Origin: Acetatifactor sp.
Lineage (GTDB): Bacteria; Bacillota; Clostridia; Lachnospirales; Lachnospiraceae
Assembly (NCBI GenBank): GCA_045597705.1
Contig: JAZLKR010000040.1
Span: 7,409 to 71,408 of the forward strand
DNA length: 64,000 nt
Reading direction: 5' to 3'
In this document: piece after piece, positions 10,601 through 19,273 of the stretch
Numbering within the stretch: the first letter of the stretch is position 1
Layout of the letters: each line of letters begins with the position of its first letter
Notes under the pieces: generated by a model
What the model was told of the DNA's origin: nothing
Databases searched by the model: none
Seen by the model: only the letters and a program-made list of their open reading frames with translations
Position numbers and translations under genes: made by a program

Positions 10601-10987
10601 GATAACATGGGCATTATCGTAATCCTTGAGGATACCAAGAAGGATATGGTGAAACTGCTCAAGGCAAATCCTATGCTGAAGGAAGTCTTCACCGCGCGTA
10701 TGGATGTAGAGGCTCTGAGCAATGAAACCCTCGCAAGAATTGCGAAGAAATATGCTTACGAAAATGAGTACTCCATCGACGAGTTAGGTATGATGGCACT
10801 GCATGCAAGAATTGAGGAGATGCAGACCAGCGATCATAATGTAACCGTTGCGGATGTAAGAGAAATCGTTGACAACGCGATTCACAGTGCAAACAGAAAA
10901 ACATTGGGACATTTCTTCGATATTCTGTTTGCAAAGAGATATGATGAAGAAGATATGGTAATTCTGACAGAAAAAGACTTTAACTGA
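7613..10987 (+). CDS. Hypothetical protein: TPR-like N-terminus, long Glu-rich disordered linker, degenerate CbbX/SpoVK-like AAA+ C-terminus
   Basis: TTG start after an AGGAG RBS, helical-repeat N-terminus, ~650 aa rich in E/A/P/T, C-terminal NVIITGDEGMDT...GALII...NPMLKEVF...VREIVDNAI. Confidence 0.75.
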   Translation: MDKYEYKVRADEIKALITAGDYAQAAEIADTIDWRRVKSVMMLCTISDLYKINKRYEDAKALLLLAYERRPGGKTICYSLCELCLKTEEYVRAVNYYKEYVQAAPSDPGRYILQYKLYEAQEVGLDERIKVLEELKAKDYREKWAYELAYLYHKVGEAGKCVDECDELILWFGEGKYVWKAMELKMQHEPLSESQQEKYDHRFDEPAELPVEEQPAEEVLPEGYADAGVGELPGEFDTPAEPAEEQAPAEETTEEPELDIMVKTMEFGQYNTINLQAELAEGLKAVLDEEQRSKLAEQLLPDETTDAEETEALPEEEYPAEEIPAEEEAAAEETDLEATRIFNPADVNKAVEALQNQEAVSTDTMIMPLPDEMNGEMIEQEDIPQETEVYLATEEIPTEEIEEAIEDGQEYAVDEYGEPVYEEEYTDEYASDEYVSEEEYVPEGEYASEEYSDEYYAEEEPVSGGMVELVYQEEATKVIPVKEIHAALGEEPEEAAEETAEKTVEETAEEEKPELFMEGMDPAEAAAMIMKQMREETLARTEKQAMTAQPPKEMAEVLSQESDGQISLVVPDEQKAIEEQITGQISIDEVLDEWERIKQENAEKHKEEMRQHVLEETGTMFTEFDIAIRDGILEQLESGKSAKEVLGDAAVEEFEEAEEAAEEAVAEIPAEPIEVEAPVSIAQEETEEEDTVDFETPTEWDSFTDDEAEEAPLTEAEKEVTEDWETTDYGEVEEIAEIEEVTEEAAEEVPEEMTEEAAEEETFEEEIPEEEIPEEETAEEEIVEEIAEEAVEEVTEEATEEAEEAEAPAEEEAHFGFVDELEDAEETVAETEETSEEEPAEEAEETPAEAEAEPVKSGLTGSSAPTRKPVEREKAKVRALTHEEKELYSDFIQSRTDREKLVRAIDAISMAPYTGNVIITGDEGMDTLTLAKNMIREVQMTDSNFSGKVAKISGQGMNKKNVAETLEHLKNGALIIQKASGMNDGSIHSLYRALQQDNMGIIVILEDTKKDMVKLLKANPMLKEVFTARMDVEALSNETLARIAKKYAYENEYSIDELGMMALHARIEEMQTSDHNVTVADVREIVDNAIHSANRKTLGHFFDILFAKRYDEEDMVILTEKDFN

Positions 10988-11003
10988 TTGGAGGATTAAA
11001 TGC

Positions 11004-12938
11004 ATGGCTGCAAAGAAAACTGCACCTGTAAAGAAAACTGAATTAGAGAAAGTATTTATTTCGGAGGACGATCAGTACCTGTTTTCACAGGGAACCCATT
11101 ATGACATTTACAAGAAACTGGGCGCACACAAGTCCGCAGAGGACGGCGTGGAAGGTATTTACTTCGGCGTCTGGGCTCCCAATGCCGTGGAGGTGCATGT
11201 GGTTGGTACCTTCAATGAATGGAGCGAGACCGCACATCCCATGAAGAAGCTTGGCCCTGTAGGTATCTGGGGAGCATTCATTCCCGAGGCCAAGATTGGT
11301 GACATGTACAAGTTCTTCATTCTTGCGGAGGACGGAAGAGGCCTGTACAAGGCAGATCCCTTTGCCAACCAGGCAGAGTTTCGTCCCGGCACCGCTTCCA
11401 TTATCACCGACCTTACCGGTTTCGACTGGAAGGACAGCAAATGGATGGAAGCCAGAGATACCAAGGATATTTACAAGGAGCCCATGGCAGTATACGAGTG
11501 CCACATCGGTTCTTTCATGAAGCATCCCAACGGCACAGAGGACGGCTTCTACAACTATCGTGAGTTCGCAGACAGAATCGTTTCCTACATGAAGGAAATG
11601 AAATATACACACATTGAGCTGATGGGCATTGCAGAGCATCCTTTCGATGGTTCCTGGGGCTATCAGGTAACCGGTTACTATGCTCCCACCGCCCGCTACG
11701 GAACCCCTAAGGACTTTATGTATCTGGTTAACGAGCTGCACAAGGCAGGCGTGGGCGTTATCCTTGACTGGGTACCCGCACATTTTGCTACCGATGCATT
11801 CGGTCTGGGCGAGTTCGACGGCAAGTGCATCTTCGAGCATCCCGATCCCCGTCTGGGTGAGCATCCCGACTGGGGTACCAAGATTTTCAACTACGGCAAG
11901 CTGGAGGTTAAGAACTTCCTGATTGCAAATGTACTCTACTGGATTCGTGAGTTCCACATTGACGGTATTCGTGTGGACGCAGTTGCTTCCATGCTGTATC
12001 TGGATTACGGCAAGAAGGACGGCCAGTGGGTAGCAAACAAGTACGGCGGCAACGAGAACCTCGAGGCAATCGAGTTCTTTAAGCATATGAACAGCGTAGT
12101 GCGCGGTTCTTATCCCGGCTTCCTCACCATCGCAGAGGAGTCTACCGCATGGCCTAATGTTACCGGACCTATCGGTACCGACAGCCTGGGCTTTACCTAC
12201 AAGTGGAACATGGGCTGGATGCATGACTTCTGTGAGTACATGAAGCTGGATCCTCTTTACAGAAAAGGCAATCACTACGGCATGACCTTTGCCATGAGCT
12301 ACAACGAGAGTGAGAAGTACATTCTTCCCCTTTCTCATGATGAGGTAGTTCACCTGAAGTGCTCTATGGTCAACAAGATGCCCGGCTACATGGTGGACAA
12401 GTACGCAAATCTTCGTACCGGCTACACCTACATGTTCGGTCACGCAGGCAAGAAGCTTCTCTTCATGGGTCAGGATTTCGGCCAGGAGAGAGAGTGGAGC
12501 GAGGCAAGAGAGCTTGACTGGTTTCTGCTCGGTGAGAAGAACAATCAGGGACTTCACGAGTATGTGAAGGAGCTGTTAAAGATGTACCGCAAGTATCCCG
12601 CACTGTACCAGATTGACGACAACTGGGGCGGCTTCGAGTGGATGAATGCTGATGACGCAGAGAACAGCGTTTACTCCTGGGTGAGAAGAACTGCTGACGG
12701 CAAGAATAGCCTGCTCTTCGTTCTGAACATGACTCCCATGAAACGTGAGGGCTACAGGGTGGCAGTTCCCAGGAAGAAAAAGTACAAGCTGGTACTGAAC
12801 AGCGATGAGGAGAGATTCGGAGGCTGGGGCAATGAAGTTCCCGCTGAGATCACTGCCGAGAAGGTTCCCCATCATTATCATGATTATTCCTTTACCATGG
12901 ACCTTCCTCCCTACGGAGCTGTGGTTTATGTATTTTAA
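11004..12938 (+). CDS. glgB: 1,4-alpha-glucan branching enzyme (GH13_9)
   Basis: WAPNA, EHPFDGSWGYQ, DWVPAHF, GIRVDAVASMLY, IAEEST, SHDEVVH motifs. Confidence 0.97.
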   Translation: MAAKKTAPVKKTELEKVFISEDDQYLFSQGTHYDIYKKLGAHKSAEDGVEGIYFGVWAPNAVEVHVVGTFNEWSETAHPMKKLGPVGIWGAFIPEAKIGDMYKFFILAEDGRGLYKADPFANQAEFRPGTASIITDLTGFDWKDSKWMEARDTKDIYKEPMAVYECHIGSFMKHPNGTEDGFYNYREFADRIVSYMKEMKYTHIELMGIAEHPFDGSWGYQVTGYYAPTARYGTPKDFMYLVNELHKAGVGVILDWVPAHFATDAFGLGEFDGKCIFEHPDPRLGEHPDWGTKIFNYGKLEVKNFLIANVLYWIREFHIDGIRVDAVASMLYLDYGKKDGQWVANKYGGNENLEAIEFFKHMNSVVRGSYPGFLTIAEESTAWPNVTGPIGTDSLGFTYKWNMGWMHDFCEYMKLDPLYRKGNHYGMTFAMSYNESEKYILPLSHDEVVHLKCSMVNKMPGYMVDKYANLRTGYTYMFGHAGKKLLFMGQDFGQEREWSEARELDWFLLGEKNNQGLHEYVKELLKMYRKYPALYQIDDNWGGFEWMNADDAENSVYSWVRRTADGKNSLLFVLNMTPMKREGYRVAVPRKKKYKLVLNSDEERFGGWGNEVPAEITAEKVPHHYHDYSFTMDLPPYGAVVYVF

Positions 12939-13013
12939 GGATCAGGAAGAAAGTAAAGCCTGTCCGAGCAATCGGGCAGGCTTTCCATATCAGAACAGGA
13001 AGGTAAGAGATAC

Positions 13014-13658
13014 ATGAGACTTCGTAATATTACAGGCTCCAGAGATGTAATCGCAGCCAGCGATTATGTAGTGCAGGAAGCCATTCAGAAGGAATGCCCC
13101 GGAACCTGGAAGACAATTTTCGGAAACGACAACCCGATTCATATCGAAATCGGTATGGGAAAGGGCAAGTTTATCCATACTATGGCTAAGGAGCATCCCG
13201 AAATCAACTATGTTGGCATCGAGAAATACTCAAGCGTTCTGCTTCGCGCCATCCAGAAGATGGAGCAGGAGGAGTTGCCCAACCTGAAGTTCCTGCGCAT
13301 GGACGCAGAGGAAATCGATCAGGTCTTCGGCAAAGGTGAGGTAGACAAGATTTACCTGAACTTTTCCGATCCCTGGCCCAAGGACAGACACGCGAAGCGC
13401 CGACTTCCCTCCAAGGAGTTTCTTGCTCGTTATGATGTAATCTTAAAGGAGGGCAGCCGACTGGAGTTCAAGACCGACAACCGCGATCTCTTTGATTTCG
13501 CAGTGGAGGAGCTGGAGCCCGCAGGCTGGAAGGCTGATTACATTACCTATGATCTGCACAGCGATGAGAAGCTGATGGAAGGCAATGTCATGACAGAGTA
13601 CGAGGAGAAGTTCTCCTCCATGGGCAACCCGATTTGCAAGTACAGTATCTATCGTTAA
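13014..13658 (+). CDS. trmB: tRNA (guanine-N7)-methyltransferase
   Basis: EIGMGKG, LNFSDPWPK, FKTDN, TEYEEKF motifs. Confidence 0.96.
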   Translation: MRLRNITGSRDVIAASDYVVQEAIQKECPGTWKTIFGNDNPIHIEIGMGKGKFIHTMAKEHPEINYVGIEKYSSVLLRAIQKMEQEELPNLKFLRMDAEEIDQVFGKGEVDKIYLNFSDPWPKDRHAKRRLPSKEFLARYDVILKEGSRLEFKTDNRDLFDFAVEELEPAGWKADYITYDLHSDEKLMEGNVMTEYEEKFSSMGNPICKYSIYR

Positions 13659-13684
13659 TGATTTATTCCGGAAAGGAGAATACT

Positions 13685-14005
13685 ATGGAACACATTTTTA
13701 CAACAGAAAATTTTGATGCAGAGGTTTTACAGTCAGAGCTTCCCGTTCTGGTTGATTTCTATGCAGACTGGTGCGGTCCCTGCAAGATGATGGCACCTGT
13801 GGTTGAGAAGATGGCAGAGGAGTTCGAAGGCAGGCTTAAGGTTGGTAAGAGCAACGTGGATGACAACATGATGCTGGCGCAGAAGTACCGTATCTCCAGC
13901 ATCCCCTGCTTTATGGTATTCAAGGGCGGCGAGGTTGCCGCAACTCTCATCGGTGCAATGAGCGCATCTGAATTGAAGGAGAAGATTGAGGCTGCCATCG
14001 CGTAA
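13685..14005 (+). CDS. trxA: Thioredoxin
   Basis: VDFYADWCGPCK active site, ~106 aa, aaggag RBS. Confidence 0.95.
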   Translation: MEHIFTTENFDAEVLQSELPVLVDFYADWCGPCKMMAPVVEKMAEEFEGRLKVGKSNVDDNMMLAQKYRISSIPCFMVFKGGEVAATLIGAMSASELKEKIEAAIA

Positions 14006-14022
14006 GCCGGAAGGCAAGTAAA

Positions 14023-14901
14023 ATGAAGAAATTAGAGACTTTGTCTCCTGAGTTTGAGAGATGCGCCGTATGTATATTCGGCGCTTTTCTCTATGCTTTG
14101 GGAGTAAATATGTTTGTTGTTCCCGCAGGACTCTACACCGGAAGCCTGATGGGAATCTGTCAGGTCATCAGAACCCTGCTGGTGGACTACGCCCATCTGA
14201 ATGTGGGAGATGTGGACATTGCAGGTATTCTGTACTATATTCTGAACCTGCCCCTGTTCGTGGTATCCTTTACCAGAATGGGCAGAAAGTTCTTTGTGAA
14301 GACCGTGATTACGGTAACGGCGCTGACCGCTTGGATGTCAGTGATTCCCACGGCAATGGTTTTGGAAGATACCATGGCAGCCTGCGTGGTGGGCGGTCTG
14401 ATTTCCGGTGCGGGCATCGGTCTGATTTTGCGGATGGCTTCCTCCGGCGGCGGTATGGATATCATCGGTGTGCTGCTGACCAAGTGGCGAAGAGACTTCA
14501 GCGTGGGTAAGGTAAACCTTCTGGTGAATGTGGTTCTCTATGCTGCCTGCCTTGTGCTGTTCGATGTGGAGGTTGCCATTTATTCCATCATTTATGCGGC
14601 AGTTTACTCCATCGCAATCGATAAGCTGCACTCCCAGAACATCAATGTGGAGGTCAATGTGATTACAAAGGCCGACACTGCCGAGCTGGAGCAGGAGGTG
14701 TTCAAGGAGCTGGGCCGCGGCATTACCAAGTGGGTGAGCCAGGGCGCTTACACCCATGAGCAGTCCAACATTCTCTACATCATGCTCTCAAAGTATGAAG
14801 TGAACCAGTTGAAAACCATCATACATAAATATGACCCGCAGGCCTTCATCGTGGTGAACGAGGGAGTGGATGTTGACGGTAATTTCCTGAAGAAATTGTA
14901 A
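14023..14901 (+). CDS. YitT family membrane protein (DUF161/DUF2179)
   Basis: Multi-TM protein with SSGGMD, RGIT, GAYT and DPQAF motifs. Confidence 0.85.
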   Translation: MKKLETLSPEFERCAVCIFGAFLYALGVNMFVVPAGLYTGSLMGICQVIRTLLVDYAHLNVGDVDIAGILYYILNLPLFVVSFTRMGRKFFVKTVITVTALTAWMSVIPTAMVLEDTMAACVVGGLISGAGIGLILRMASSGGGMDIIGVLLTKWRRDFSVGKVNLLVNVVLYAACLVLFDVEVAIYSIIYAAVYSIAIDKLHSQNINVEVNVITKADTAELEQEVFKELGRGITKWVSQGAYTHEQSNILYIMLSKYEVNQLKTIIHKYDPQAFIVVNEGVDVDGNFLKKL

Positions 14902-14910
14902 GAGGTTTTT

Positions 14911-15348
14911 ATGCAGGTTACATTTGAAAAAGTGGGCAGCCGGGAACAGGAAGGCGCTGTCATCCGTGCCGTGGAGGAGACCGAGGCGATTCGAAACGCC
15001 ATCGCTCTGCTGGAGGGAAACAACGATACCATTCCGGTGACCAAGGACGGTCAGACCTTTCTGGTGAAGCTGTCCGCCATTTACTATATCGAGTCCGTGG
15101 ACAAGAAAACCTTTGTGTATACGAAGGAAAATTGTTACGAGACAAAGTACAGACTGTACGAGCTGGAGGAAATGCTGGGTCATTTCTATGCCAGAATTTC
15201 CAAGGCAGTCATCCTGAATCTGAAGAAGGTTGACCATGTGAAATCCGAGTTGGGCGGGCGAATGGACGCCTACCTGTTAAACGGTGAGGTGCAGGTCATT
15301 TCCAGAAGCTATGTGAAAGAAATCAAAAGGAGGTTGGAGATAGGATGA
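14911..15348 (+). CDS. Stand-alone LytTR DNA-binding regulator
   Basis: IYYIESVDKK, LYELEE, RISKAVILN, ISRSY motifs and no receiver domain. Confidence 0.88.
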   Translation: MQVTFEKVGSREQEGAVIRAVEETEAIRNAIALLEGNNDTIPVTKDGQTFLVKLSAIYYIESVDKKTFVYTKENCYETKYRLYELEEMLGHFYARISKAVILNLKKVDHVKSELGGRMDAYLLNGEVQVISRSYVKEIKRRLEIG

Positions 15349-15776
15349 AAGTAGTAAAAGCAATTGTTCGAATGGCCATGACTGTTTCCACCGGTATTTT
15401 GATTGCCATGAGCCTGGAGGGCGTGGCACTTCACTTTATCTATGGCGTTAAATTTTCCTTTGAGTGGTACCATCCGCTGTCCATTCTGGTATGCGGCGTG
15501 CTTTGCGCCATCGTTTCCGCTGTCTGGGTGGATGAGAAAAAGCTGACCAGAGGACAGATTATCGGGAAAATGATTCTCCACTTCCTGCTGATCTACGCCA
15601 TTGTAATGCTGTCCGGCTATCTGTTCGGATGGTATGACGGACCCACGGGATTCTGCGTCATTTCCCTGGCGTGTATTTTGGTGTATAATTTTGTGTGGGT
15701 TGTTTCTACCTGGCTTGGCCATAAGGAAGAAACCGAAATCAACGCGGCGCTGTCTAGTATACGAGACGAAGAGTAG
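15345..15776 (+). CDS. DUF3021-like 4-TM membrane protein (LytTR partner)
   Basis: Four hydrophobic helices, ILHF and GW motifs, C-terminal EINAAL, 4-bp overlap with the LytTR gene. Confidence 0.7.
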   Translation: MKVVKAIVRMAMTVSTGILIAMSLEGVALHFIYGVKFSFEWYHPLSILVCGVLCAIVSAVWVDEKKLTRGQIIGKMILHFLLIYAIVMLSGYLFGWYDGPTGFCVISLACILVYNFVWVVSTWLGHKEETEINAALSSIRDEE

Positions 15777-15845
15777 ACTATAAGAAATTGTGGGCCTGCA
15801 AGCGTGTCTGGGATGGAATACCACATACGAAAAGGACCTTAGAGA

Positions 15846-15915
15846 GCAACTTAGTCCAAGATTTGTGCATCTTGGTTGAGGTGCTCTTTTTTTGCGCGGA
15901 GAAGTCTGCTATGGT
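15846..15915 (+). promoter_or_regulatory. LytTR-type direct repeat plus extended -10 promoter
   Basis: GCAACTTAG-N12-GCATCTTGG (15846-15875), poor -35, TGcTATGGT at 15907-15915. Confidence 0.65.
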
Positions 15916-15953
15916 GCTTTCAGAAGCAAACAACAGAAAGGAATGTGAGCGAA

Positions 15954-16856
15954 ATGGAAGTAATCAAGGTAAATCACCTGTGTAAAAAATATAAGGATGT
16001 GCTGGCGGTGAAGGATATTTCCTTCTCCGTGCAGGAGGGCGAGCTGTTCGCTTTCCTGGGCGAGAACGGCGCCGGCAAGTCCACCACCATCAACATGCTC
16101 TGCACCATATTGCAGAAGACCTCCGGTGAGGCAACCCTCTGCGGGCACGAGCTTGGTAAGGAGGATGACGATATTCGAAAGGACATCGGCATCGTATTCC
16201 AGAACTCCGTGCTGGACGGGAAGCTCACCGTGGAGGAGAATCTGTACACCAGAGGTTCCTACTACGGACTGAGCCGCAGGGAGGTGGATGCTATCTTCGA
16301 AAGATTAGCAAGCAGCTTTGAACTGCAGGAAATCAGAAAGCGCAAGTACGAAAAGCTTTCCGGTGGTCAGAGAAGAAGAGTGGATATTGTAAGGGCCTTG
16401 CTCCACAATCCGAAGATTCTCTTCCTGGATGAGCCGACCACTGGTCTGGACCCCAAGTCCAGAAAGCTGGTTTGGGACTACATCGATTACCTGCGAAAGG
16501 AGAAGGGCATGACCATTTTTCTGACTACGCACTATATGGAAGAAACCAGAGATGCGGACCATGTGGTGATTCTGGACAAGGGCGAAATCATTGCCACAGG
16601 AACTCCGGCAGAGCTGAAAACAAAATACGCTTCCTCCAGACTGGTCTGGTACACGGCGAAGAGTGAGGCAGCGGAGCAGATGGTTTCCGAGTTCTCTGAA
16701 AAATGGAATTATGACGCTGACCACTACAATGTCTTCTTTGAGGGTGAGGTCATTGATTTCCTGGCGCGTCACAAGGATGTCATCTGCGATTTTGAAATCA
16801 TCAAGGGAAGCATGGATGATGTGTTCCTGAATCTTACCGGAAAGGAATTGAAATAA
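15954..16856 (+). CDS. ABC transporter ATP-binding protein (ABC-2/DrrA-like)
   Basis: GENGAGKS, LSGGQRRR, FLDEPTTGLD, TTHYMEE motifs. Confidence 0.92.
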   Translation: MEVIKVNHLCKKYKDVLAVKDISFSVQEGELFAFLGENGAGKSTTINMLCTILQKTSGEATLCGHELGKEDDDIRKDIGIVFQNSVLDGKLTVEENLYTRGSYYGLSRREVDAIFERLASSFELQEIRKRKYEKLSGGQRRRVDIVRALLHNPKILFLDEPTTGLDPKSRKLVWDYIDYLRKEKGMTIFLTTHYMEETRDADHVVILDKGEIIATGTPAELKTKYASSRLVWYTAKSEAAEQMVSEFSEKWNYDADHYNVFFEGEVIDFLARHKDVICDFEIIKGSMDDVFLNLTGKELK

Positions 16857-17767
16857 TGAGAGGATTTGTTGGTTTTACAAAGAGAAATTTGATGTTGTAC
16901 TTTAAGGATAAGCAGTCGATCTTCTTCTCCCTGCTGACCTCTATCATCGTACTGGTGCTGTACCTGCTGTTTCTGAGAGGTACCTTTGTGGATGCCATCG
17001 AGAGCGGCATGAAAGGGCTGGAGATGCTTGTAGACAGACAGGACCTGGATATGCTTGCAAACGGACTGCTGCTTGTGGGCGTACTGGGCTCAGCTATGAT
17101 TACAGTACCCTACAACTGTCTTTCCTTCATGGTAGCGGACAAGGAGCGAAACATCGATTATGATATCGCCGCAACTCCCTTAAAAAGATGGCAGATTGTG
17201 GTTTCCTACTTCCTGTCCTCCGTGATTTCCGCGTATGTGATGTCTGCTGCAATTCTTACCGTCGGTCTGGTGCTTCTCGGCCGTCAGGGAGATTTGTATC
17301 TGACAGCAGGAAATGTTGCCGGCATTTTCGGTGCTGTTCTGCTGGGAGTGATTTCCTCCACTGCGCTGTTCATGCTGGTTTTGTTGTTCTTCCGCACCAC
17401 CGCAGCCAGCAGTGCTTTCTCCGGATTGCTCTCCGCAGCCTCCGGCTTCGTCATCGGCGCTTACATTCCCGTGTCTCAGTTCTCCGAGGCGGTGCAGTCC
17501 TTCTGCAATATTTTCCCTGCCAGCCATGTGACTGCCCTGTACCGCAACACACTGCTGAACGGTGTGCTGAACCATATGGATGATGCCATCGGCGGTCTGG
17601 ATCAGGGACAGTTCTGTGAGGCAATGCGCCATGTCTTTTCCTTCAAATCCCTGCTGTTCGGACACTCTTTTACTTCAGTTGAATCCATCTGCTACGCTGC
17701 AGCTGTGATGCTGGTTTGTATGATATTAATGGTCGTTGTCTACAGCAAGACCTATAAGAGAAAGTGA
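16856..17767 (+). CDS. ABC-2 type permease
   Basis: About six TM helices, translationally coupled to the ATPase gene (TAATG). Confidence 0.85.
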   Translation: MRGFVGFTKRNLMLYFKDKQSIFFSLLTSIIVLVLYLLFLRGTFVDAIESGMKGLEMLVDRQDLDMLANGLLLVGVLGSAMITVPYNCLSFMVADKERNIDYDIAATPLKRWQIVVSYFLSSVISAYVMSAAILTVGLVLLGRQGDLYLTAGNVAGIFGAVLLGVISSTALFMLVLLFFRTTAASSAFSGLLSAASGFVIGAYIPVSQFSEAVQSFCNIFPASHVTALYRNTLLNGVLNHMDDAIGGLDQGQFCEAMRHVFSFKSLLFGHSFTSVESICYAAAVMLVCMILMVVVYSKTYKRK

Positions 17768-17870
17768 TTGATTTCACAAAGAAATCACAAATTTGCCATA
17801 AAGTGAACATATTTTTCTTTTAGGATACAGTCATAAACTGAATGTGAAATGACAATCGGAGGATGTAATA

Positions 17871-19229
17871 ATGAAAAGAAAAATGTGTATTTTGATGGGC
17901 GTGATTCTGGTCTGCAGTATGCTGGCAGGCTGCGGCGCACCTGCCGACCAAGAGGAAGCAGCGCAGGACCTGCATATTCTGCAGCTATCGAAGGATGCAG
18001 CGACTCTGGACGGTGTGAATCTGGAAGAGTTTGATTATACCTGGCATATCGATCCTTCCAGAGAGGAAGAGTGGTACGAGGGTACGGAGCCTTCTACGGA
18101 GGCTGCGGCATATATTGCCAGAGATATCATCTACTATCCTGAGCTGGATAAGGATGGTTTTACCCTGCAGAATTATGACGGAGAAAGAGAGTGGGTATAT
18201 CATTATACCGCGGAAGGGCTGGAGGATTATCTGTTCAGCACGCTGCCTTCGCTGGGAGAGAATCTGCCGGAAGAGATGATGCATACCGCGGAGGAAGCCT
18301 ACGCAAATCCGGTTCTGCATATTACAAAACCCGGCACCTATGTGCTGCAGGGAGAATGGCACGGCCAGATTTATGTGGACCTGGGGGAGGAAGAGGATAC
18401 CTTCACAAATCCCGAGGCAAAGGTGCAGGTGATTCTCAACAATGTGGATGTTACCTGTGATGTGGCGCCTGCCATTGTCTTTGATGATCTGTATGAGTGC
18501 GACAATGGTTGGGAAGAGCAGGAGACTCACAGCAATGCGGTGGACACGGCCGACGCGGGTGTTGTGGTTACCATTGCGGCAGGCAGTGAGAATCATTTTA
18601 CCGGTGCAAATGTCTTCCGACTTCTGAAGGCAAAGTACAAGAAGGACAGCACCACCGTGCAGAAGAAGGCCCACAAGCTGGACGGTGCCTTCTACAGTTT
18701 TGTTTCCATGAATATAGAGGGAGATGCCGCAGGAGCCGGGGTGCTGAATATCACATCCACTACTTATGAAGGATTGGATGATGAACTTCATCTCACAATC
18801 AACGGCGGCAATATTAATATTTATTCCCAGGATGATGCCATCAATGTGAATGAGGATAAGGTATCCGTGTTTACCATGAATGGCGGAACTCTTCATATTT
18901 TCGCCGGTCTTGGCGCAGAGGGTGATGGCGTGGATTCCAACGGTTACATTGTGGTGAACGGCGGTGTGATTGCCGGCGGCACTCCCAGTGGTTCCGATTC
19001 CTTACTGGATTCCGATCTCGGAAATACCATAAACGGCGGAGAAGTGATTATCATCGGTTCCGGCAGAGGAGTAGGCGGCATGCGCGGTCAGGGCGGAGAG
19101 ATGCCCTTTGACAGAGAGGGATGGATGGACAGAGGAGAGAGACCTGACTGGCCGGAAGGCGGCAAATTCAACAGAGGCGAAGGAGAGAACGGAGAACCAG
19201 AGCCTCCTCAGGACCCCAATCGGGCATAA
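17871..19229 (+). CDS. Lipoprotein with Cthe_2159/DUF4353-like carbohydrate-binding beta-helix
   Basis: Lipobox LAGC, ITKPGTYVLQG, repeated INGG/DDAIN/DGVDSNG beta-helix turns, Gly-rich tail. Confidence 0.75.
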   Translation: MKRKMCILMGVILVCSMLAGCGAPADQEEAAQDLHILQLSKDAATLDGVNLEEFDYTWHIDPSREEEWYEGTEPSTEAAAYIARDIIYYPELDKDGFTLQNYDGEREWVYHYTAEGLEDYLFSTLPSLGENLPEEMMHTAEEAYANPVLHITKPGTYVLQGEWHGQIYVDLGEEEDTFTNPEAKVQVILNNVDVTCDVAPAIVFDDLYECDNGWEEQETHSNAVDTADAGVVVTIAAGSENHFTGANVFRLLKAKYKKDSTTVQKKAHKLDGAFYSFVSMNIEGDAAGAGVLNITSTTYEGLDDELHLTINGGNINIYSQDDAINVNEDKVSVFTMNGGTLHIFAGLGAEGDGVDSNGYIVVNGGVIAGGTPSGSDSLLDSDLGNTINGGEVIIIGSGRGVGGMRGQGGEMPFDREGWMDRGERPDWPEGGKFNRGEGENGEPEPPQDPNRA

Positions 19230-19262
19230 AAAATAGCCCCTTGCCTATAGCAAGGGGCTTTG
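19228..19262. terminator. Bidirectional terminator between convergent genes
   Basis: AGCCCCTTGC-ctata-GCAAGGGGCT flanked by A- and T-tracts. Confidence 0.75.
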
Positions 19263-19273
19263 TGTTTAGTAAA

